A DNA stretch of 46,691 bases from a virus (IMGVR_UViG_3300020445_000005:1-46691); one strand, 5' to 3'; positions 1 through 9,398 are shown, counted from the stretch's first letter. Translations and numbers: made by a program. Notes: a model not told the origin generated them from the letters alone.

Positions 1-1
1 T

Positions 2-1183
2 GCAGAAGTTTGGAATGCAATGAAACAACTAAATCCTGGAGAGCTTACAAGTGATCAATTAGATGCACTTATGGCCGCTTCAGATGACATGGACAAGTTA
101 TATGATACAATAGAAGGTATGGGAGCAGTAGGAGCCGCGGCAATACAAGGTGCGGCGAACATCGTTGATGATAATAAGAAAACAGCAATTCAAGCCAAAC
201 CAGTTGATCCAAAGAAATTAGAAAAAGCAAAAGCTGATGCAGAAGAAGGCGAAAAAGAAGCAGTAGATTACGATTACGAAACACAGTTTAACGAATACCT
301 AGAAGAAGGTCCTTTAGATGCAATTAAAAAAGGTGCAAGTGCAGTAGGCGGAGCAATTAAAAAAGGTGCGGCGGCTGTTGGACGAGGTGCTAGTAACCTT
401 ACTAACAAAGTTACAGCAGACAAGTTAATGAAGCAATGGAAAAAGATGGGCGAACCTAAAGACATGGGTACAGTTGTAAACATTTTAGCAGGTGCAGGAT
501 TAACAAACGATCAGATTAGTGGAATAGGTAAAGAACAAAAAGTTAAATTACCTACACCAACAAAACCAGAAGCGGGTGCAGATACTACAGACGCAGATGG
601 TACACCAGTAGATAAAACTTTTGACAAAAGTCAAAAGATGTCAGACTTTGGTAAAGTAGGAAAAGATGCTGAACCAATGCCTAAAGATGGCGCACCAGGA
701 AAAGATGGTGCTCCAGGTATAGCAGGAACTCCAGGTAAAGCAGGTGCTGACGGTAAAGCAGGTGCTCCTGGTAAAGACGGTGCTCCAAGCAACGTAACAC
801 CAATTGATAAAAACAAAGACGGCAAAGACGATAACACAGGAAAAGTAATTCAAATGCCTGGTACTAAACCAGCTGACGGAGTTGGTGCTCCTCAAAGTGG
901 AATTGCAAAAGGTGCCGCAAGTGCTACTCCTAAACAAGGACAAGCAAAAGCAACTGCTCCTAGTGGACAAGCAAACGCAGTAGACGTTCCAACACTAGCA
1001 AAACAAATAAGTGATGCAGGAGTTGGTGCAGAAATTAAAGCACAGCTTTCAGGAACACAAGGTGGCGGAAGTGATTTAGGTCAAGGTTTAGAAATAGACA
1101 TTCCAACACTAGCACAAAAAATTAGTGATGCTGGAATGCAACAATCAATTAAACAACAACTTACAACAAAAGAACCTGCCTAG
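2..1183 (+). CDS. 5'-truncated low-complexity Ala/Gly/Lys/Pro-rich protein with collagen-like segment; possible virion/internal head protein
   Basis: The frame is open from position 2 (GCA GAA GTT TGG AAT GCA ATG), so the ATG at 20 may be internal. It has 11 Gly-X-Y triplets and a duplicated C-terminal motif (VDVPTLAKQISDAG / IDIPTLAQKISDAG). Confidence 0.6.
   Translation, partial: AEVWNAMKQLNPGELTSDQLDALMAASDDMDKLYDTIEGMGAVGAAAIQGAANIVDDNKKTAIQAKPVDPKKLEKAKADAEEGEKEAVDYDYETQFNEYLEEGPLDAIKKGASAVGGAIKKGAAAVGRGASNLTNKVTADKLMKQWKKMGEPKDMGTVVNILAGAGLTNDQISGIGKEQKVKLPTPTKPEAGADTTDADGTPVDKTFDKSQKMSDFGKVGKDAEPMPKDGAPGKDGAPGIAGTPGKAGADGKAGAPGKDGAPSNVTPIDKNKDGKDDNTGKVIQMPGTKPADGVGAPQSGIAKGAASATPKQGQAKATAPSGQANAVDVPTLAKQISDAGVGAEIKAQLSGTQGGGSDLGQGLEIDIPTLAQKISDAGMQQSIKQQLTTKEPA
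689..787 (+). repeat. Collagen-like (Gly-X-Y)11 coding repeat
   Basis: GAP GKD GAP GIA GTP GKA GAD GKA GAP GKD GAP. Confidence 0.85.
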
Positions 1184-1356
1184 AAAAAAGGCATACTTGT
1201 TTTTTTAGCAGTTTCAAGATTCTGCTTAACGAGTTTAGCAAATACTTCTCTATCCTCAGGACCTACAGCATACATTTCGTCAAGGGTCACACCTCCACGC
1301 ATATACCAACAAAGTCTACTTAATTCAAGTTTGAAGTTTTTTGTCTCGTTTTCCAT
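1180..1356 (-). CDS. 58-aa ORF absent from the ORF track; gp51-like / tail-chaperone C-terminal part, probably reached by -1 frameshift
   Basis: Translates MENETKNFKLELSRLCWYMRGGVTLDEMYAVGPEDREVFAKLVKQNLETAKKTSMPFF*. The frame stays open upstream to the slippery site at 1410-1419. It lies directly after the gp26-like gene, as g51 is adjacent to g26 in T4. Confidence 0.7.
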   Translation of the reverse strand: MENETKNFKLELSRLCWYMRGGVTLDEMYAVGPEDREVFAKLVKQNLETAKKTSMPFF

Positions 1357-1372
1357 GTCTTCGACGATTTTT

Positions 1373-1419
1373 AGGATCTCTTCGAGAGACTTGCTTAAGA
1401 TCCTTATGCGAAAAAATTT
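1373..1419 (-). promoter_or_regulatory. Candidate -1 programmed ribosomal frameshift signal (slippery site plus 3' stem-loop)
   Basis: The minus strand reads A AAT TTT TTC (1419-1410), then a 5-nt spacer, then stem AGGATCT (1404-1398) / AGATCCT (1379-1373). Confidence 0.75.
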
Positions 1420-2267
1420 GATTGGTCGAATGTAATTGGTACTTCAAAGTTTTCTGGAGCACCTAAGTCACGTTCCTCTTGAGTAGTTTCTACTTTAAAA
1501 GGTTCAACCTCATATTTTTGCTTTTCTTTTGTTAGATGATCTGTAATTGCAGTAAAGAAATTTTTATCAGCATTCTTTATAAACTCTGCAATATGATTTT
1601 GATCAACAACAACTTCGTCACCAACTTGGATTTGTACAATCCCATGAGTTACCATATCAATAGTAACATTAGTCAGTTTAGTAAATGACTCTGAAAACCT
1701 TTCTAGTTTTTCTGCATCATTAAGTTCTGAACTATTAATTACTGAAGCAATACGTTGTTCTTCAAACGTCTTAATTGCTGTTCTAGTATACTCTTGGTAA
1801 GTTTGGGGTCTTAACGTAATTTTGAATTTCTCAATATTAACTACATTCTCATAACTTATGTTTTGATATTTGTCTAGTAATTGTCTTAAATCAAGATCAA
1901 ATTTACGTGTTGTTCCTGCTTCAGGAACTCTTGTTTCAATTTCCATCTTCTCACCATAAGTAGCAATCCTGATAGCAATTAAAATTGCATCAACATCAAT
2001 GCTAGGTATTACCCACGCATTTTTAATATTAGGTATACAACTTTGTATTACATCTACTACAGATTGACCATTTAATAGTGCATCTGGTGTTTTGAAAGCA
2101 AGTTCGTCTTTGGCCGTCATAGCATAAACAGGAAGTTCACCATTTTCAGTCATTTCAATGGAACCCTCTTTATACCAGTGACCTTTGCTTGGCAAAGACA
2201 AGTATATTTTAGGTTGCCTAAAATATTTCTGTAACGGGTTTGGTCCCGATGGTTTTATTTCTGGCAT
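1404..2267 (-). CDS. T4 gp26-like baseplate hub subunit / assembly chaperone
   Basis: 287 aa with LPSKG, MTAKDE and IDVDAILIAIRIATYGE motifs resembling the T4 baseplate hub family; adjacent to the tape-measure-like gene. Confidence 0.65.
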   Translation of the reverse strand: MPEIKPSGPNPLQKYFRQPKIYLSLPSKGHWYKEGSIEMTENGELPVYAMTAKDELAFKTPDALLNGQSVVDVIQSCIPNIKNAWVIPSIDVDAILIAIRIATYGEKMEIETRVPEAGTTRKFDLDLRQLLDKYQNISYENVVNIEKFKITLRPQTYQEYTRTAIKTFEEQRIASVINSSELNDAEKLERFSESFTKLTNVTIDMVTHGIVQIQVGDEVVVDQNHIAEFIKNADKNFFTAITDHLTKEKQKYEVEPFKVETTQEERDLGAPENFEVPITFDQSNFFA

Positions 2268-2280
2268 GATTTTCTCCGGC

Positions 2281-2310
2281 TAAATAATAAAGTATTCATA
2301 TTGATATTTA
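2281..2310. promoter_or_regulatory. Pair of oppositely oriented T4-type late promoter cores (TAAATA)
   Basis: TAAATA on + at 2281-2286 and on - at 2310-2305, within the 72-nt gap between divergent genes. Confidence 0.6.
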
Positions 2311-2339
2311 TGGTACGGAGTTAACTGGGTATATAATAT

Positions 2340-4949
2340 ATGGTTCAAGTCACATATCAAGGCGGAGGAATGGATGGCGTTACATCAAACGCCGCCTCAG
2401 AAGCCACATTACAGCTACTTTTAAAAGCCTTAAGTGGTAAGGGCGGTGGTGCGGGTGTACAAGATGCCTACAATAAAGCCCAAAATAAGGGTATGCTTGG
2501 GCAAAAAGCCCTAACAAAGTCTACTGGTGCACAAACTAAAGCTACTGATACACAAACAGCGGCCGCAAAAGCCTCTGCTAAAGCATTTAAAATGGTTACA
2601 GGTGCAGTCAAAGGCACCCTTGGAATGCTTGTTGGTACTCTTGGTAATGTTGCCAATACTGCCGCAAATTTAGGAAAAGAATTATTAGCTGGTGGAACTG
2701 GCATAGGTGACTTTACAAAACACATATCAGGATTAGTTGCAAAATTCCCAATATTTGGTGGAATGATGGGAGGTGCCATATCAACAATGGTTGGTATGAT
2801 TGAAGGACAAATAGCATCTTTCAGACAACTTTCTAATTCAGGTATTGACTTTGGTGGCAGTTTATTTGAAATTATGAACCAGTCAACTAAAACAGGATTA
2901 AGCATGGAGCAATTTGCAGGTGCTTTATCAGAAGGTTCTCAAAACCTAGCAACAATGTTTGGAGGTGCTTCAGCAGGTGCTTCAAGATTTGCAGGACTAC
3001 AAAGAGAGCTTAAAGGATCAATTGGAGAGCTAAACAGATTAGGTGTTAGCTTAGATGAAGTTGGTACTTTTACAAATGATTATTTAGAAATTGCAAAAAT
3101 ATCTGGACGTTATCAAAATATGACAGACAGACAATTAGCGGCAGGAACAAAAGATTATATCATGCAACTTGATCAACTTGCTAAAGTTACAGGTATGACA
3201 AGGAAAGAAGCCGCGGAGGCATTAAGAGCTCAAGCTAACGATAAAAGACTTCAGGCCTTATACGCAAGTTTAGACGATGCAACTAGAACGTCAATTGACA
3301 ATACATTGGCAATGATGGGTAACGTTGGTCCAGAGTTTAAAGAAGGAATTACAGAATTAATTGCTACAGGTGGTGCTCCGTTAAGTGAATATGGTAAAGG
3401 TTTAATTGCAACTATGCCTGAGCTAGGTGAAGCGTCAAGACAATTAAAAGCAGGACAAATTACAAACGAAGAATTTATTGAAATAGCTAGACAGGCCCAA
3501 GCGAAACAAAAACAGATGTTAAATGAAAACGGCGAGATGATAGGAACATACGCGGCTATGGGCGGGACTTTATATAACGCATCATTAGATATTGCTAAAG
3601 CAGGAAAAATTGGTGGTAAGTTATCTGAAGCACAGCAACAACAACTAGACGCACAGAAAAATGCTGAAAGAGGATTAACAGAATTTGAAAGTAAAATTAC
3701 ACAAATAAGAAACACAATTCTTAGTAAACTTATTGATAGTGGTGTGTTTGATCAATTAGCACTAATACTTACAGAAGTAGCTGATGTGTTTACAGGATTG
3801 TTTGGTAAAGGTGGATCAGGTACAAAAACATTAGACAGTTGGTTTGAAAGTATTGCTAAATGGATCGACGATGTTAAAAATGCCTTTGGTGCTGGAGCAT
3901 CAATAGGTGATGTATTAAAAGAATATGTATGGAAACCTATTAAGAAAGCACTCAGTAATTTCTGGAGTGGTACAGGAGAAACAACTACAACTGAAAACGA
4001 AGATGGATCAACTACTACATCAGTTGACAAAGGATTAAAAGGTCAATTCATTGACAGTCTTAAAAGTGTAGGAAAATATTTGTTTGTAGGTGGTTTGGCT
4101 TTAGGAGCCATAATACTTGCAATGAGTGCCGCCATTGGGGCATTAGCGGCGCCATTAAATCTTGCTAGTCCAGGACTACTTGCACTAGGAGCCGCATTTG
4201 CAGGTATAGGTGTAGCGGCTGGTGGTATATCATTATTAATAGATGCCATTACAGGTTCAGTAGGTAAGCTGGCCGACGGTGCTAAAAAGTTTGAAGAGCT
4301 TGATGCTGATCAACTTAAACTAGTAGGTGGCGGGTTAGCAGAAATTACAGGACCAATTATGGATCTTGCTAAAGGTGGTATAGTTGCAAACTTTGTTGGT
4401 TCAGGTGCATTTAAAAACCTAGCAGATGGTGTTAAAGAGTTTCAAACTATTGATCCAAGTAACTTACACGCAGTAGGACCAGCATTAACAAGTTTACATA
4501 AAGGTATGAGTGCATTTACAGGAGATGGTGTACTTGATAGTATTAGTAAAGCACTTGGAAGTTTATTTGGTGGAAGTTCAGGAAGTTTAAGTGATTTAGC
4601 AGAAGATGTTAAACTATTTGCTGACGTAGACTCACAAGGATTAAAAAATATTGGTGACGGATTACAAAGTATTGCTAACTTTATTGAAGCAATGGATGGA
4701 GCCAATTTACGTACTGTTTCCAAATCACTTTCAGAACTTACAAAACAGTTACAAAAATACCAAGAAGAATACAGTAAAATGGATGCAGACACTAAAGCCA
4801 ATCTTGTTAGCAACTTTACAAGTTTTGGAGAAGGCCAGAAAGGTGCCGCAGACAAGCTAGATCAGTTAAATAATAGTGTACAAATGATGCTAGTAGAATT
4901 AAGAAAACAAACAAGAGGCATCAACACTACCGCTGATGCGATAGGATAG
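2340..4949 (+). CDS. Tail tape-measure-like protein
   Basis: 869 aa, Ala/Gly/Leu-rich and apparently helical, with a long hydrophobic segment (YLFVGGLALGAIILAMSAAIGALAAP...) and C-terminal repeats (LADGAKKFEELD / LADGVKEFQTID / LAEDVKLFADVD). Confidence 0.65.
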   Translation: MVQVTYQGGGMDGVTSNAASEATLQLLLKALSGKGGGAGVQDAYNKAQNKGMLGQKALTKSTGAQTKATDTQTAAAKASAKAFKMVTGAVKGTLGMLVGTLGNVANTAANLGKELLAGGTGIGDFTKHISGLVAKFPIFGGMMGGAISTMVGMIEGQIASFRQLSNSGIDFGGSLFEIMNQSTKTGLSMEQFAGALSEGSQNLATMFGGASAGASRFAGLQRELKGSIGELNRLGVSLDEVGTFTNDYLEIAKISGRYQNMTDRQLAAGTKDYIMQLDQLAKVTGMTRKEAAEALRAQANDKRLQALYASLDDATRTSIDNTLAMMGNVGPEFKEGITELIATGGAPLSEYGKGLIATMPELGEASRQLKAGQITNEEFIEIARQAQAKQKQMLNENGEMIGTYAAMGGTLYNASLDIAKAGKIGGKLSEAQQQQLDAQKNAERGLTEFESKITQIRNTILSKLIDSGVFDQLALILTEVADVFTGLFGKGGSGTKTLDSWFESIAKWIDDVKNAFGAGASIGDVLKEYVWKPIKKALSNFWSGTGETTTTENEDGSTTTSVDKGLKGQFIDSLKSVGKYLFVGGLALGAIILAMSAAIGALAAPLNLASPGLLALGAAFAGIGVAAGGISLLIDAITGSVGKLADGAKKFEELDADQLKLVGGGLAEITGPIMDLAKGGIVANFVGSGAFKNLADGVKEFQTIDPSNLHAVGPALTSLHKGMSAFTGDGVLDSISKALGSLFGGSSGSLSDLAEDVKLFADVDSQGLKNIGDGLQSIANFIEAMDGANLRTVSKSLSELTKQLQKYQEEYSKMDADTKANLVSNFTSFGEGQKGAADKLDQLNNSVQMMLVELRKQTRGINTTADAIG

Positions 4950-4957
4950 GATACTAA

Positions 4958-6712
4958 ATGAGTTGGAAAAGATACTTTAACCCAGTAGAAACAGATAAAG
5001 GAACATCTGGCAACTACTCACCTTTAGGGGGAGCGGGTAATAATGGTATGGGTCCAGCCCAAGCAAATTATTCATCATACTTACCAGATGTTTACGTTGG
5101 TAGTCCAAACCGTATTGAACGTTATGGACAATACAACACAATGGATTTAGATTCAGAAGTAAATGCCGCATTAGATATTTTAGCAGAATTCACAAGTCAA
5201 AAAAACAAAAACAATCAATCACCATTTGTAATTGACTATAAACAAGATGCAACAAATTCAGAAGTACAAGCATTAAAATTGTACTTACAACAATGGTGTA
5301 AAATACAAAATTTTGAAACTAAAATGTTTCGTATATTACGTAACATTTTTAAATATGGTGATGCTTTTTTCATTAGAGATCCTGAAACTAAACGTTGGTT
5401 CCATGTTGACCCAGCAAACGTTTCACGTATTATTGTAAATGAATCACAAGGTAAAACACCAGAACAATACATTGTTAAAAATGTAAACTTAAACTTTAAA
5501 AATGCAGTAGCAACTACTCCACATCAAACAAACGGAAACGTTACAGGTGGTGGAGATGGATACTTAACAGGTTCAGTACGTGGACAAGTAGGTGCTCCTA
5601 ATCAATCAATGAGCGGTGGACGTTTCCAAAAAGACGTTCAAGAGATTGCCATTGATGCAGAGAACATGATACATTTAAGTTTAAGTGAAGGACTTGATAA
5701 CAACTTTCCATTTGGTAACAGTTTGTTAGAAAGTATATTTAAAGTATACAAACAAAAAGAATTACTTGAAGATGCAATTATAATATACAGAGTACAAAGA
5801 GCGCCTGAACGTAGAGTGTTTTATGTAGATGTAGGTAATATGCCATCACACTTGGCTATGCAATTTGTTGAACGTGTTAAAACAGACATTCACCAAAGAC
5901 GTATACCTAGTGCAACAGGTGGCGGACAAAATGTTATTGATAGTGCATACAATCCATTATCAATTAACGAAGACTACTTCTTTCCACAGACTGCTGAAGG
6001 GCGTGGCTCTAAAGTTGAAACATTACCAGGTGGTACTAATTTAGGGGAAATTGATGATCTTAAATATTTTACTAATAAGCTGGTACGTGGTTTGCGTATT
6101 CCTAGTTCTTATCTTCCTACAGGGCCTGACGATGGTGCTACTCAATTCCAAGATGGGCGAGTGGGTACTGCATACATACAAGAATTAAGATTTAACACAT
6201 ATTGTGAAAGATTACAAAATTTAGTAGTAGAAGAATTTAATCAAGAGTTTAAACGTTACTTGTTAGAAAAAGGCGTAAACATTGATACTGCTATGTTTGA
6301 TTTAAGATTCCAACCACCACAAAACTTTGCAAGTTACAGACAAAGTGAAATTGATAATGCAAGAGTACCAACTTATACACAAATGAGTGCTATACCTTAC
6401 ATTTCAAATAGATTTGCACTTAAACGTTTCTTAGGAATGACAGAAGAGGAACTTGCAGAAAACGAAAGATTGTGGCGTGAAGAGAATGATGAAAATATTA
6501 CACCACCTCCAACAGATTCAGCAGGTGAATTAAGAAGTGCTGGAATATCAAGTGCAGGTATGTCAGCAGACATGGCCGGTGCAGGAGCAGGTGAAGACGT
6601 AGCGGCTGACGGAGAAGAGCCAGCACCAGTAGATGGTGGAACAGCACCTCCTCCAGGAACAGCAACAGGTGGACCAGCAGGCGGTGGCGGAACACCACCA
6701 GCAGGAGTATAA
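4958..6712 (+). CDS. g20: Portal vertex protein (T4 gp20 family)
   Basis: Motifs LEDAIIIYRVQRAPERRVFYVDVGNMP, EDYFFP, GRGSKVETLPGG.NLGEIDDLKYF..KL.RGLRIPSS. Confidence 0.95.
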   Translation: MSWKRYFNPVETDKGTSGNYSPLGGAGNNGMGPAQANYSSYLPDVYVGSPNRIERYGQYNTMDLDSEVNAALDILAEFTSQKNKNNQSPFVIDYKQDATNSEVQALKLYLQQWCKIQNFETKMFRILRNIFKYGDAFFIRDPETKRWFHVDPANVSRIIVNESQGKTPEQYIVKNVNLNFKNAVATTPHQTNGNVTGGGDGYLTGSVRGQVGAPNQSMSGGRFQKDVQEIAIDAENMIHLSLSEGLDNNFPFGNSLLESIFKVYKQKELLEDAIIIYRVQRAPERRVFYVDVGNMPSHLAMQFVERVKTDIHQRRIPSATGGGQNVIDSAYNPLSINEDYFFPQTAEGRGSKVETLPGGTNLGEIDDLKYFTNKLVRGLRIPSSYLPTGPDDGATQFQDGRVGTAYIQELRFNTYCERLQNLVVEEFNQEFKRYLLEKGVNIDTAMFDLRFQPPQNFASYRQSEIDNARVPTYTQMSAIPYISNRFALKRFLGMTEEELAENERLWREENDENITPPPTDSAGELRSAGISSAGMSADMAGAGAGEDVAADGEEPAPVDGGTAPPPGTATGGPAGGGGTPPAGV

Positions 6713-6715
6713 ATA
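6708..6715 (+). promoter_or_regulatory. T4 late promoter TATAAATA
   Basis: Perfect consensus overlapping the portal stop codon, 5 nt before the next ATG. Confidence 0.65.
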
Positions 6716-6720
6716 GTATT

Positions 6721-6966
6721 ATGATATTACGTGAGCTATTCTATTTCGATAAAGAAACACTTGAGCCAGTAGAGAACAAGGGTTATGATCCATCTATGGA
6801 CGATTCTATTGTTTCAAAAGATGATACACGTAAGACTAGATTAACACTACGTCAGATTAATAAGATTCGTAAAGCAAGTGAACTACATAAAGAAGAGCAA
6901 GAGAAAGAATTGCACTTCGTTAGACAAATGTACGGCTTGGCCGCTAACGCAGAGCAGGCAGTTTAA
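6721..6966 (+). CDS. Hypothetical protein in head module (81 aa)
   Basis: Clean ORF after a late promoter with a basic helical C-terminal half (DTRKTRLTLRQINKIRK). Confidence 0.7.
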   Translation: MILRELFYFDKETLEPVENKGYDPSMDDSIVSKDDTRKTRLTLRQINKIRKASELHKEEQEKELHFVRQMYGLAANAEQAV

Positions 6967-6983
6967 CTTTACGAGGAAATTAA

Positions 6984-7622
6984 ATGTCCACAGCCTTTGT
7001 AATAGGTAATGGAAAATCAAGAATACCAATCCCACTAGAAGCATTAAAGCAACACGGTAAGCTATATGCCTGTAATGCGGTTTATAGAGAGTTTGAACCC
7101 GACTACCTAGTTGCTGTTGATACTAAAATGATCAGCGAGATCAATAGACATAAGTGGCAATACAATCACGAAGTATGGACTAATCCTAATAAAGCATACG
7201 ACAATATGAATCTTTTTAACTTCTTTGAGGAGCCATTGGGTTGGAGTAGTGGACCTACAGCATTATGGTTAGCAACGTATGGCGATAAAAAGAACCCTAC
7301 TGCACACCAGCATGATACAATATATATACTAGGGTTTGATTTTAAAGGTACAACACCAGATAACTTAAAAGGTGAGGGCGGATCGCTTAATAATATATAC
7401 GCAGATACAGAAAATTATAAAAAATCAAACGACCCTGCTACATACCACGGTAATTGGGCCAGGCAGGTTGGCATAGTTTGTCAGAAAAATCCTCAAAAGA
7501 GATATATAAGAGTAGTAACAAACAAACAGGATTACTGTCCGGACAACTTAACGCAGTTAGTTAACTTTTCGAACATGGAAACGGCAGAATTCATGCAAAA
7601 CTTTAAGATTCTACAATCTTAA
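6984..7622 (+). CDS. Putative Rossmann-like glycosyltransferase (Maf/MptE/sialyltransferase-like)
   Basis: AFVIGNGKSR, YACNAVYR, PDYLVAVD, WSSGPTALWLA and IYILGFD follow the GNG-x-S / N / D / SG / LGFD pattern of these proteins; GAGG RBS. Confidence 0.55.
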   Translation: MSTAFVIGNGKSRIPIPLEALKQHGKLYACNAVYREFEPDYLVAVDTKMISEINRHKWQYNHEVWTNPNKAYDNMNLFNFFEEPLGWSSGPTALWLATYGDKKNPTAHQHDTIYILGFDFKGTTPDNLKGEGGSLNNIYADTENYKKSNDPATYHGNWARQVGIVCQKNPQKRYIRVVTNKQDYCPDNLTQLVNFSNMETAEFMQNFKILQS

Positions 7623-7674
7623 TGTAAAACCGGCGTATTTTCGCCTATATCTACGCACTTTTCTTCATAAACCA

Positions 7675-7680
7675 TAAATA
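7675..7680 (+). promoter_or_regulatory. Late promoter core TAAATA for the head operon
   Basis: Intergenic, upstream of the AGGAGG RBS of 7725. Confidence 0.6.
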
Positions 7681-7724
7681 CAAGTGACAGCCTTACCACA
7701 TCTAAACAATAGGAGGATAATAAA

Positions 7725-8741
7725 ATGGCAAATCAATCTAAATTTGAAGCGATGCTTGAAAAGTTAATCGCAGAAGACAAAGCGGGAGCTGAAGAATTAT
7801 TTCACGAAATAGTTGTTGAGAAATCTCGTTCAATATACGAAGATTTACTTGAAACTGACACAGCAGAAGTTGAAGTTGACGAAGCGAAAGCAGATGCTAA
7901 ATCAGAAGATAAAGTAGAAGAAAAAACAGAAGAAGCTAAAGAAGACGAAAAAGTTGAAGAAGTTGCAAAAGACGAAGAAGCAAAAGAAGACAAAGTTGAA
8001 GAAAAAGCTGAAGCTGATGCAGAAGACAAAGTTGAAGAAAAAGCTGAAGATTCTAAAGACGAAGAAGTTAAAGAAGAATTAGTTGACATTCAACCAGTTG
8101 CAGACGAAATTACACCAGAAGATGACATGGGTGGCGATGCCGCTGATGACATGATTGCTGACATCGAAGACGGTGAAGGTGAAGAAGGTGAAGAAGATAA
8201 AGGTGACGACGAAGACTTAGAAGACAGAGTTGTTGACCTTGAAGATGCTCTTGATGATCTTAAAGCTGAATTTGACGGCATGATGGCTGACAAAGACGGT
8301 GACGACGCTGAAGCAGATGCAGAACCAGAAATGGATGCAGACGCAGATGGCGAAGAAGGTGACGAAGAGAAGGAAGATGAAGCTGTTGATACAGAAGCTA
8401 CTTCCGAACTTGAGCAACCTGCGTTTGAAAATGCTGAGAAACCAGTACAATCAAGCACAGAGCTAATGAGAGAATACGTAACTAAAGTTGCTGAACCTAA
8501 AAGAGATTCAGGAACAGACGGTACTAAATCTCCAGTAGCTGGAAAAAATGATATGGGCGGCGACGCTGGAAACATTGCCAAAGGTGGTGAAGAATCCGGA
8601 AGTAAAGCGGCAAGTCCAAAAGAAGACTCTGCAGGGAACGTTAACGTACCAGGCGGAAAAGCTTCTAAATCATTAAAAAGCTCAAAAGCGGCTGTTACAG
8701 CCGAAAAGGGTGCCGACACTGATTCAGTTATCGGTTCCTAA
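7725..8741 (+). CDS. Highly acidic prohead core/scaffold-type protein (position of T4 gp67/gp68)
   Basis: 338 aa, very Asp/Glu-rich, with EDKVEEK repeats and a short coiled coil (LEDRVVDLEDALDDLKAEF); directly before the protease. Confidence 0.6.
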   Translation: MANQSKFEAMLEKLIAEDKAGAEELFHEIVVEKSRSIYEDLLETDTAEVEVDEAKADAKSEDKVEEKTEEAKEDEKVEEVAKDEEAKEDKVEEKAEADAEDKVEEKAEDSKDEEVKEELVDIQPVADEITPEDDMGGDAADDMIADIEDGEGEEGEEDKGDDEDLEDRVVDLEDALDDLKAEFDGMMADKDGDDAEADAEPEMDADADGEEGDEEKEDEAVDTEATSELEQPAFENAEKPVQSSTELMREYVTKVAEPKRDSGTDGTKSPVAGKNDMGGDAGNIAKGGEESGSKAASPKEDSAGNVNVPGGKASKSLKSSKAAVTAEKGADTDSVIGS

Positions 8742-8765
8742 TAGTTTGTTGTTAAGGAGAACTAG

Positions 8766-9398
8766 GTGATAAACTTAAGAGAGAACTTGACGTTCGACCA
8801 AGCAAAATTGGTTTTAGAGACTACTGAGAACGACAAGGGTGGAAAAGACCTTTACATGAAGGGAATTTGCATCCAAGGCGGAGTAAAAAATGCTAACCAG
8901 CGAGTTTACCCTGTTACCGAGATTAGTAGGGCTGTCAACACACTCAACGACCAAATAACTGGTGGATATTCAGTTCTTGGAGAAGTTGATCATCCAGAAG
9001 GACTTAACATAAACTTAGACCGTGTTTCGCACATGATCACAGAAATGTGGATGGACGGACCAAACGGTTATGGGAAACTTAAAGTATTACCTACGCCGAT
9101 GGGACAACTAGTTAAAACAATGCTGGAAAGCGGAGTTAAACTAGGTGTTTCATCACGTGGTAGCGGAAACGTCATGGAAGACGGGTCCGGTCAAGTAAGC
9201 GATTACGAGATTATTACAGTCGATGTAGTTGCTCAACCCAGTGCTCCAGGTGCCTACCCGACACCAATTTACGAGCATTTATTAAATGCCCGTGGGGGGT
9301 ACAAGGCACTAGAATTAGCACGAGAAGTTCGAGGCAACGACAAGGCGCAAAAGTATTTGAAGGAATCTTTGGTTAATATAATCAAAGGCCTCCAGTAA
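8766..9398 (+). CDS. g21: Prohead core protease (T4 gp21 family)
   Basis: GTG start after AAGGAG; motifs N.N.RVYP, LGEVDHP, RVSH, LPTPMG, GVSSRGSG, DVVAQPSAPGAY. Confidence 0.95.
   Translation: MINLRENLTFDQAKLVLETTENDKGGKDLYMKGICIQGGVKNANQRVYPVTEISRAVNTLNDQITGGYSVLGEVDHPEGLNINLDRVSHMITEMWMDGPNGYGKLKVLPTPMGQLVKTMLESGVKLGVSSRGSGNVMEDGSGQVSDYEIITVDVVAQPSAPGAYPTPIYEHLLNARGGYKALELAREVRGNDKAQKYLKESLVNIIKGLQ

Noticed and set aside
7632-7645. GGCG-TATTTT-CGCC hairpin after the 6984 gene as a terminator
   Set aside because: The stem is only 4 bp and lacks an adjacent U tract, which is too weak to call.
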